64,000 bases of DNA from Clostridia bacterium. GTDB taxonomy: Bacteria; Bacillota; Clostridia; Christensenellales; DTU072. The DNA is taken from positions 8,250 to 72,249 of the forward strand of contig JAZSMH010000047.1 in the NCBI GenBank assembly GCA_045535785.1. The letters are read 5' to 3'. How positions within the stretch are numbered: the stretch's first letter is position 1; each line of letters opens with the position of its first letter. Of this stretch, positions 56,748-64,000 are shown piece after piece. The position numbers were made by a program, and so were the translations under genes. The notes below the pieces were generated by a model. That model was not told the DNA's origin. It searched no databases and worked only from the letters and a program-made list of their open reading frames with translations.

Positions 56748-56801
56748 TATACAAAAAAGTATCATATACTACTTGACTGATACAAAAATGTATCATAAAA
56801 T
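56748..56801 (+). promoter_or_regulatory. Sigma-A promoter with operator in the spacer and a second operator copy upstream
   Basis: TTGACT(56773)-N17-TAAAAT(56796); spacer GATAC-aaaaat-GTATC; upstream ATAC-aaaaaa-GTAT. Confidence 0.7.
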
Positions 56802-56836
56802 TATTATATATACCGAAAGTCATGGGAGAAAGTAAT

Positions 56837-59800
56837 ATGAAAAGGAAAATTTTATTTTTATTCATAATTATAATGCTTTTGAGTTTATGTACATTTAGTG
56901 CGTGTTACAAAAACGATACTGATGATAATTCCGATGATAATTATGAAGGGGATGGTGATAAAGATACTACGATTACTGATGACAAAGAAGGTAATAAATC
57001 CGAACATACACATGAATTTGGAAGTTGGGAGACGATCATCAATGCAACTTGTATTTTAGAAGGTAGACAAAAGCGATATTGTGAGTGCGGGGAAGAAGAA
57101 ACTGTTGTTATACCTATTGATAATAGTATGCACCATTATAGCGATGTTTTATACTACAATAATGATGTGCATTATTATATATGCAGAGACTGCGGTTATT
57201 TTGACACAAAAAAACATGTATTTATCAATGATAAGTGCACGTTTTGTGGATTAATATCTGGATTTAATTTTGTATATAACGAAGAAACGGATACATATTC
57301 TATCACTAAGTATAATGGTTCACTTCCTGATGTCGAAGTACCTAGTGTTTATGACGGCAAACTAGTTACACGTATAGATGAGAGAGCTTTTTTTGATTCT
57401 AATATCATAGAATCAGTTTCTATTCCAACAAGTATTACTAGCATAGGCAATGAAGCATTTAAATATTGCAAAAAATTGTCTAACGTTGATATTAAGAACA
57501 ATAGTAAATTGATTAGCATAGGAAATATGGCATTCTATGATTGTATTGCGCTTACATCCATTTATATTCCGCATAAAATCACTGAAATCGGAGAAAATGC
57601 ATTTAAAAATAGTAATATTAATTATGCTGATGTGCCTATAAAAATCATTAGCTTTTTACCTAAATATACACTTAATACACTTGTTATAAATGGTGGTACC
57701 TGTCTAGAAAATAATATTTTTGATGGTTTTGATAATTTGACGTCTATTACTATAAAAAATAACGTCATTTTAGCGGAAAATGATATTTTTTGCGAAAGCA
57801 ATTTAATTTATGCAGATATACCAACTTCATGGATAGAACATATTAATAAAAAAGAGTTAAAAACTTTGATTATTAATAGTGGAGAAAGGATAGAAAATAA
57901 TGCATTTGTTGATTGTGATAATTTGGAATCTATAACTATTTCAAAGAGTGTAAAAACAATAGGTGAATATGCATTTCATAACTGTGATTCGCTTATAGAT
58001 ATTAACATTTTAAATGTAACAGATATAGAAAACTTTGCATTTAAAGATTGTAAATCCTTAACAAATATAATAATTCCTAGTAGCGTTGCTAATATAGGTC
58101 ACGGCGCATTTATCGACTGTGTATCTTTAGAAAATATAACTTTTGAAAATGATTCTAGATTATCTACCATAGATGACCGTGCATTTGCGAACTGTAACAA
58201 TTTAAGCAATATAATAATTCCACAAGGGGTTACTAACGTAGCGGACAATATTTTACAAGGATGTCCGATTGTTTATGCAGAGATTCCAACAATCGCAATT
58301 AAAAGTTTGCCTAAAAATAAATTAGAAAGAGTTACTATAACAAAAGGAAATAGTATAATATACAGTGCATTTTATGATTGTAAAAATCTTACCCAAATTG
58401 AGATATCACAAGAAATAACACGTATAGAAAAAAATGCTTTTAGTGGTTGTTCATCGCTTAATGCAGTTTTTTATCATGGGAGCCTAGAATCATGGATTAA
58501 TATTAATTTTGAAAATAAAGATTCTAGTCCTTTTGCGAATTCGAAAGCGGAATTTTATATTAATGACACGTTGGTGACAAATGCAATCATACCAAACGGT
58601 ATTCAAATTATAAATAACTATGCGTTTTACAATTATTCTTTCATAGAATTAATAACCATTCCAGCTGATATTGTCAGTATTGGAGATAATTCTTTTTATG
58701 GAGTCAATGCATACGAAATTGAAGCTCCAACACACGTAATGAAAGTTTTGGAAAAAAAAGAATTAAAAAAACTTAATATTAACGGTGGACAAATGATAAA
58801 AAAAGATGATTTTGCTGATGCACTAAAACTAACTTCTATCGTAATTAGTGATACAGTTGAATCAATAGAAAATGATGCATTTAGTATTTGTCCAATAGTA
58901 TATGCAAAAGTACCAACCGTCGCTTTAAGAAGCATGAACAAAAGTTTTTTGCGTGAGATAGAAATAACTAGTGGTAATGATTTGTATAGTGCCTGTTTTT
59001 CAAATTGCGATAATTTAGTTTCGGTTAATTTAAGCGAGAATTGTAATATTGATAGTATAAAAGAATACACGTTTTCATTTTGCGATTCATTAACAAATGT
59101 ATATATACCTAGTAGTGTTACAAGGATAGAAAAATATGCATTTAATGAATGTAGGTCTCTTTCTACTATTAGTTTTTATAAAAATAGCAAATTAAAAATA
59201 ATAGAAGGATATGCATTTTATTTGTGTTTATCTCTTGAACAGTTTGAGTTTGAGAAAAACATCCAATTGGACAAAATTTCTACTTATGCATTCTATAAAT
59301 GTCAAAATTTAAAAAAAGTAATACTAGCAGGGGATATAAAAAGTATTGACAACAATGCCTTTTATGAATGTACTTCGCTTGCCATTGTTAATTATGTCGG
59401 TGATATAAGTTCTTGGGTGAATATTGATTTTAATGGAAATCAAGCCAATCCTATATGTCTACCTAATGTAAAATTATACATTAATGGAACTATTCCCACT
59501 ACAATAAACATACCTAATACTGTTACAGAAATAAAGGCTTATTCATTTTATAATTGTAAATCAATAGAATCTATTACTATAGCAAAAAGTGTAAAAGCGA
59601 TAGGATATAACGCATTTTATAATTGCACTCCTCAACATATAGAAATGCCCGCGTCATTTGCAAAAGACATTGATAAGAAAAATTTAAGAACTCTTGTTAT
59701 TAATAGCGGGGAGAGTATAGATGATTATGCATTTGCTGAATGTGAAAATTTAGTAAGTGTTTTAATAAATAATGATAAATTAAAAAATATAGGGGAATAT

Positions 59801-60850
59801 GCATTTTATAATTGTTCTTCAATTAAGGAAATAAATATCCCTGCAAGTGTAACAAGTATAGGCGATTATGTGTTCATGTATTGCGTTAATTTAACTACCG
59901 TAACTTTTAAAGAAAACAGTCAACTTGCAAGTATAGGGAAAAGGGGATTTGTGAATTGCATGAGCCTAACATCTATTACTATCCCTAAACGCGTTGCGAG
60001 CATAGGTGAATCTGCATTCGCTTCTTGCTATGATTTAACCACCGTTACTTTTGAAGAAAATAGCCAACTTACAAGGATAGGGGACAGTGCGTTCGCTTTT
60101 TGCTATGATTTAACCACCGTTACTTTTGAAGGAAATAGTCAACTTAAAAGCATAGGCTCTAGTGCGTTCTATTCGTGTAAAAAACTAGAAAAAACAACGG
60201 AAAATGATGTTAATTATATAATGGCGAACGATAATCCGTATTATTTTGCTGCAAATATGGAGGAAAAGAAGGCAACAAAGTGTATTATAAATCCTAAATG
60301 TAAAGTTATTATGAATGATGCGTTTCTTTCTTGCAATGACCTAAAAAGTATCAAAATTCCTTCAAGTGTAACGAGTATATGCGATTCTGCGTTTAAAGAT
60401 TGTGATAGTCTAACTAGCATCACCATTCCTGCGAGTATAACGAATATAGGTGAAGATACGTTTAAAGATTGCTCTAAACTAAAAATCATTAATTATTTAG
60501 GAACGGTAGAACAATGGCTTAATATATCATTTGGTCGTTATGATGCTACTAATCCTTGCTGTAGTGGTGCTAAATTATATATAAACGATACTATACCTAC
60601 AAATTTAGTTATACCTGATACTATTACTGAAATTAAAGCCCATGCGTTTGAAGACTGCACTAGTATTACTTCAGTCATTATTCCATTAAGTGTAACAAGT
60701 ATAGGTTTTAGTGCATTCTCTTCATGCTCTAACTTAACCGATATTTACTATACTGGTACCGAAGAACAATGGGATGCAATAAGCAAAAAATACCATTGGG
60801 ATTATAACGCAGGCGATTATACCATTCACTATAATTACGTTGAAGAATAG
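56837..60850 (+). CDS. BspA-like leucine-rich repeat (LRR_5) lipoprotein
   Basis: FSAC lipobox, many IGxxAFxxCxxLxxIxIP repeats, HTHEFGSW and W.AISK.Y.W motifs; AT-rich. Confidence 0.9.
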   Translation: MKRKILFLFIIIMLLSLCTFSACYKNDTDDNSDDNYEGDGDKDTTITDDKEGNKSEHTHEFGSWETIINATCILEGRQKRYCECGEEETVVIPIDNSMHHYSDVLYYNNDVHYYICRDCGYFDTKKHVFINDKCTFCGLISGFNFVYNEETDTYSITKYNGSLPDVEVPSVYDGKLVTRIDERAFFDSNIIESVSIPTSITSIGNEAFKYCKKLSNVDIKNNSKLISIGNMAFYDCIALTSIYIPHKITEIGENAFKNSNINYADVPIKIISFLPKYTLNTLVINGGTCLENNIFDGFDNLTSITIKNNVILAENDIFCESNLIYADIPTSWIEHINKKELKTLIINSGERIENNAFVDCDNLESITISKSVKTIGEYAFHNCDSLIDINILNVTDIENFAFKDCKSLTNIIIPSSVANIGHGAFIDCVSLENITFENDSRLSTIDDRAFANCNNLSNIIIPQGVTNVADNILQGCPIVYAEIPTIAIKSLPKNKLERVTITKGNSIIYSAFYDCKNLTQIEISQEITRIEKNAFSGCSSLNAVFYHGSLESWININFENKDSSPFANSKAEFYINDTLVTNAIIPNGIQIINNYAFYNYSFIELITIPADIVSIGDNSFYGVNAYEIEAPTHVMKVLEKKELKKLNINGGQMIKKDDFADALKLTSIVISDTVESIENDAFSICPIVYAKVPTVALRSMNKSFLREIEITSGNDLYSACFSNCDNLVSVNLSENCNIDSIKEYTFSFCDSLTNVYIPSSVTRIEKYAFNECRSLSTISFYKNSKLKIIEGYAFYLCLSLEQFEFEKNIQLDKISTYAFYKCQNLKKVILAGDIKSIDNNAFYECTSLAIVNYVGDISSWVNIDFNGNQANPICLPNVKLYINGTIPTTINIPNTVTEIKAYSFYNCKSIESITIAKSVKAIGYNAFYNCTPQHIEMPASFAKDIDKKNLRTLVINSGESIDDYAFAECENLVSVLINNDKLKNIGEYAFYNCSSIKEINIPASVTSIGDYVFMYCVNLTTVTFKENSQLASIGKRGFVNCMSLTSITIPKRVASIGESAFASCYDLTTVTFEENSQLTRIGDSAFAFCYDLTTVTFEGNSQLKSIGSSAFYSCKKLEKTTENDVNYIMANDNPYYFAANMEEKKATKCIINPKCKVIMNDAFLSCNDLKSIKIPSSVTSICDSAFKDCDSLTSITIPASITNIGEDTFKDCSKLKIINYLGTVEQWLNISFGRYDATNPCCSGAKLYINDTIPTNLVIPDTITEIKAHAFEDCTSITSVIIPLSVTSIGFSAFSSCSNLTDIYYTGTEEQWDAISKKYHWDYNAGDYTIHYNYVEE

Positions 60851-60854
60851 TTGC

Positions 60855-60882
60855 AAAAAGACGAGCGTTTGCTCGTCTTTTT
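60855..60882. terminator. Intrinsic terminator
   Basis: AAAAAGACGAGC-gttt-GCTCGTCTTTTT. Confidence 0.82.
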
Positions 60883-60975
60883 CTATCCTTAATTAAGTTA
60901 TCCATTTAAGCAAAAATATAACGCGTGTTACGATAAGTAGCACGCGTTTTTCGTTTGGTTAGTTTTAGTTATTTA

Positions 60976-61911
60976 CTATTTTAGGTGTTTTGCCATGAAG
61001 TTAAGCACTTGTTCGATACACTTCTTGCTTGCTTTGGTATTGAGAGTTAGGTGGAAGCAGTGATTTTCGAGAAGTTTAGAAGTGATATAAACTTCGTTCT
61101 CTACGCCTAGGTCGTCAAGTTTTTGTTTTAGAAGTTCGCCTTGACCTTTGCAGAAGATATCTTTACCACTTATTGCTAAGAAAGCAGGACACCACTTTTC
61201 GTTTACCCAGTTGATGGGGCTTGCTTCTTTCAATAAGGGGAAGTCGTTCATATTGCTGAAGTCTTTCTTTAACTTGAAGGTGTCGTTATAGATATAGCAA
61301 CGTCCGATATCCCATACGATATTGAAGGGAAGTTTGGTAAGACTAATACTTGCTACTAGGTCGTACGGACCGCAGAAACTTACTAGAAGCGTGGGTTTAA
61401 CTTTGAATTCAGGTGCGCCGATAGCGGTGCGTTGATCTTCGTTGCTAGCTAATGCTACTAGTTGCGTTGCGTGATGCGCGCCTGCACTGTCACCCGATAC
61501 GCATACCTTAGTAAGGTCGATATTGTATACCTTTGCCAACTCTTCTAGATAGTTAAGTGCGGTTATGCAGTCGATGCACGCTTGCGGGAAAGCATTCTTA
61601 GGTGATAGCGCGTAGTTAATGTTGTATACGAAGTATCCTTCGTTAGCAAAGAGTTTACATATACTTCTTCTGTATTTTTTGTCGCCTTTAACGAATCCGC
61701 CACCGTGAATGTTGACGAATACGGGAAGTAGGGGCTTACCTTCGCCAACCAAATTAGGATCGTAGTATACTTCTGCAGTAGTATCAAGATCGGGTGCTCT
61801 GTCGCTATATACGATATCTTTCTTTCTTACGATATTCTTATAACGGCGATAGTTTTGCGATGGGTCAAAAAGTTTGTCTATTAAGACGAACAAAAATTCA
61901 GAACGAGTCAT
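60976..61911 (-). CDS. Alpha/beta hydrolase (HSL-family esterase)
   Basis: IHGGGF, YALSP, GDSAGA, HCF; start set at ATG after GGAGG. Confidence 0.88.
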   Translation of the reverse strand: MTRSEFLFVLIDKLFDPSQNYRRYKNIVRKKDIVYSDRAPDLDTTAEVYYDPNLVGEGKPLLPVFVNIHGGGFVKGDKKYRRSICKLFANEGYFVYNINYALSPKNAFPQACIDCITALNYLEELAKVYNIDLTKVCVSGDSAGAHHATQLVALASNEDQRTAIGAPEFKVKPTLLVSFCGPYDLVASISLTKLPFNIVWDIGRCYIYNDTFKLKKDFSNMNDFPLLKEASPINWVNEKWCPAFLAISGKDIFCKGQGELLKQKLDDLGVENEVYITSKLLENHCFHLTLNTKASKKCIEQVLNFMAKHLK

Positions 61912-62092
61912 ATTTCCTCCAAAAATCAATTAGTATAATAATTATACGACACCGCGTTTGTTTTTTCAAGACCAAAACGAAAATTTTAGCGAAATTTATC
62001 GAAAAAAGTAAGACCAACTAGCATTGACATTAGCGCGCCTATTATGATAGAATATCATAAAGTAGTAATACAAACCAATAAGGGAGAGCCAA

Positions 62093-63685
62093 ATGGAAGA
62101 TAAGAAGAACCTTTTGTCCGCCGATACTTCGGCATTATCCGTTGATAACGTAAATAGTGAAGATATAGTACCCAAGAAAGAAAAAATCTTTTACGGTATG
62201 GGTGCAATACTAGACGGTGGCGGCGTTGCCCTTATCAGTTGCGTGCTTTTTGCATATTTTAATATCGTACTAGGTATAAGCGGACTTATCACTTCTATCA
62301 TTATATTTGCGGGCAAACTTTGGGATGCTATCACCGATCCTCTTATGGGTGTAATTAGCGACAACACCAAGAGTAAATACGGTAGACGTAAGCCCTATAT
62401 CGTAATAAGCGGTGTTCTTATCTTCGTAGCGTTAGGACTACTTTTCATGCCTTATAACCTTATGGGCGTTACCGATAAAGCGGCTATTATAGCGATAGTT
62501 TGCGTAATGTATATATTCTACAACACCGCTAACACCGTAGCAATGGTACCTTATTGCTCAATGTCGGGCGATATCAGCAAGAGTTTCTCCGAGCGAAACA
62601 AAGCAAACTCGGTAAAACTTATTTTCTCCATTTTATCAGGCGGTCTATGCTACGTAGTGCCTTTCTTGTTCTTAGAGCTTTTTGAAGGCGGTACCATTGA
62701 CCAAACGGGCTTCTACCTATGTATCTTCTTAGTATTCGGAATTCTTTTCGGCGTACCCATGATTCTTTGTGGTATTTTCGTAAAAGAGCGCGTACCTTTC
62801 GATCCTACGCTAAAAGCAAAGTTTAGCCTAAAATCATATTCCGAGCCCTTCAAAATTAAATCATTCAAATGGCATATAATTATGTACGTAAGCGCGTTCA
62901 TTTGCCTTGACGTAGTTAGCGCACTTGCACCATACTACGCTTCGCAAGTTTGGGATAGCCAAGTAGTCAATCTTTTCGGCATAATTGATATGAAATTCTC
63001 GTCGATGTTCATCGTAGCTCCCTTGATGGTATCGGCAGGTTGTATGTTCCCCGTCGTTCAAAAACTCCGTAAGACAAAAGGTAAGCAGTTTGCTTTCCGC
63101 GTAGGTCTTCCCGCATATATAATAGGCGCAATCGTACTTGCTATTACCCAACCTTCGTGGAATGGTGGCGTATATATCGTAATAGTAGCGTCACTAGTAA
63201 TGGGCGTAGGCTTTGCAGGCGCACAAATGATGCCTTGGATGATCTTCCCCGACACCGTAGACGTAGCCGAATTGAAATTAGGCCATCGCCCCACGGGTAG
63301 CTTTAGCGGACTAATGACTTTATTAAGAAAAATAGCAGGCGGTGTAGCAATTCTCGTTATCGGTATCGTATTCGAGTTTAGCGGACAAATCCCCGGTATG
63401 AACGAAACCCAACCCGAAACGGCAATTCTAGCAATCAGAATACTTATGGGCGGATTTATCGCAATATTCATTAGTATCGCCTTTATAGCATCCTTTATGT
63501 ATAAAGTTACTAACAAAAAACTCGCTCGCATTAAGTACTTCAACGAACTTGCCCAAAACGGTGAACTTGCTAATATTACCGAAGAAGAAAACCAAGAGAG
63601 AATTGCTCTTATAGAACAACTCGCCGGTAAATTCGATCCCGAATACGACAGAAAGCACGTTCTAAAAATCACCGACGAAGAATAA
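62093..63685 (+). CDS. GPH-family MFS sugar:cation symporter
   Basis: WDAITDPLMGVISDNTKSKYGRRKPY, MIFPDTVDVAELKLG. Confidence 0.9.
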   Translation: MEDKKNLLSADTSALSVDNVNSEDIVPKKEKIFYGMGAILDGGGVALISCVLFAYFNIVLGISGLITSIIIFAGKLWDAITDPLMGVISDNTKSKYGRRKPYIVISGVLIFVALGLLFMPYNLMGVTDKAAIIAIVCVMYIFYNTANTVAMVPYCSMSGDISKSFSERNKANSVKLIFSILSGGLCYVVPFLFLELFEGGTIDQTGFYLCIFLVFGILFGVPMILCGIFVKERVPFDPTLKAKFSLKSYSEPFKIKSFKWHIIMYVSAFICLDVVSALAPYYASQVWDSQVVNLFGIIDMKFSSMFIVAPLMVSAGCMFPVVQKLRKTKGKQFAFRVGLPAYIIGAIVLAITQPSWNGGVYIVIVASLVMGVGFAGAQMMPWMIFPDTVDVAELKLGHRPTGSFSGLMTLLRKIAGGVAILVIGIVFEFSGQIPGMNETQPETAILAIRILMGGFIAIFISIAFIASFMYKVTNKKLARIKYFNELAQNGELANITEEENQERIALIEQLAGKFDPEYDRKHVLKITDEE

Positions 63686-63707
63686 AAACATAAAACAAAC
63701 GAATAAT

Positions 63708-63740
63708 AAGAACTCTACAAGCAGTAGGGTTCTTTTTTTT
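63708..63740 (+). terminator. Intrinsic terminator
   Basis: AAGAACTCTAC-aagca-GTAGGGTTCTT then T-run. Confidence 0.8.
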
Positions 63741-63778
63741 GTTGTATAAATTTCCTTTTTTAGTAAATACTTTCGGTT

Positions 63779-64000
63779 ATGAAAAAAATAGCCCTAGTGT
63801 TGATTATTATTTGTATGGCGCTTACCGTTGGTTGTATTAATAGTGACGGTGAGTTTTTGCGCATACATATTAGGGCAAATAGTGACGATAGTCTAGATCA
63901 AGAGATAAAACTCGTCACGCGCGACCTTGTAGTTGAATACCTTAAGCCGTTATTATCTAACGTGAGCAGTGCAAAAGGCGCGGAGAAGGTTATTTTAGCT
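63779..64000 (+). CDS. spoIIR: Stage II sporulation protein R, N-terminal part (runs off the window)
   Basis: MKKIALVLIIICMALTVGCINSDGEFLRIHIRANSDDSLDQEIKLVTRD, matching the SpoIIR LRLHV.ANSD..DQ.LK..VRD motif. Confidence 0.85.
   Translation, partial: MKKIALVLIIICMALTVGCINSDGEFLRIHIRANSDDSLDQEIKLVTRDLVVEYLKPLLSNVSSAKGAEKVILA

Overview
Chromosomal window from a spore-forming, low-GC Clostridia-type Firmicute (atpD/atpC, veg, SPOCS-LysM coat protein, secG, glyA, spoIIR). The main accessory feature is a 7,899-bp element integrated in tRNA-Val(TAC) and flanked by a 47-bp direct repeat (17431-17477 / 25330-25376). It has the gene set of a filamentous (inovirus-like) prophage: a Zot/pI-like ATPase with an N-terminal membrane segment, two paralogous coat-like proteins, a pIII-like repeat protein, small membrane proteins, a pC194-type rolling-circle Rep with a recognisable origin, a tyrosine integrase and an XRE switch. 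Directly behind it is a ~8.5-kb island (about 25.6-34.1 kb) with a HipA-like kinase plus a HipS-like/resolvase-tail fusion partner, a GrpB protein, and a coupled SF2 helicase / MoxR AAA / peptidase-vWA operon. Other notable items: a purine riboswitch (C74) wired as an apparent ON switch upstream of a uridine-kinase-like gene; a dispersed family of 'short motif + variable hairpin' arrays and mosaic GC-rich modules in intergenic regions; two isolated XRE/divergent-promoter cassettes; a Bat-like MoxR/DUF58/vWA operon; a His/Cys-repeat COG0523 GTPase; two very large surface proteins. No CRISPR array, rRNA or IS transposase is visible. All family assignments come from reading motifs by eye; no database search was run.
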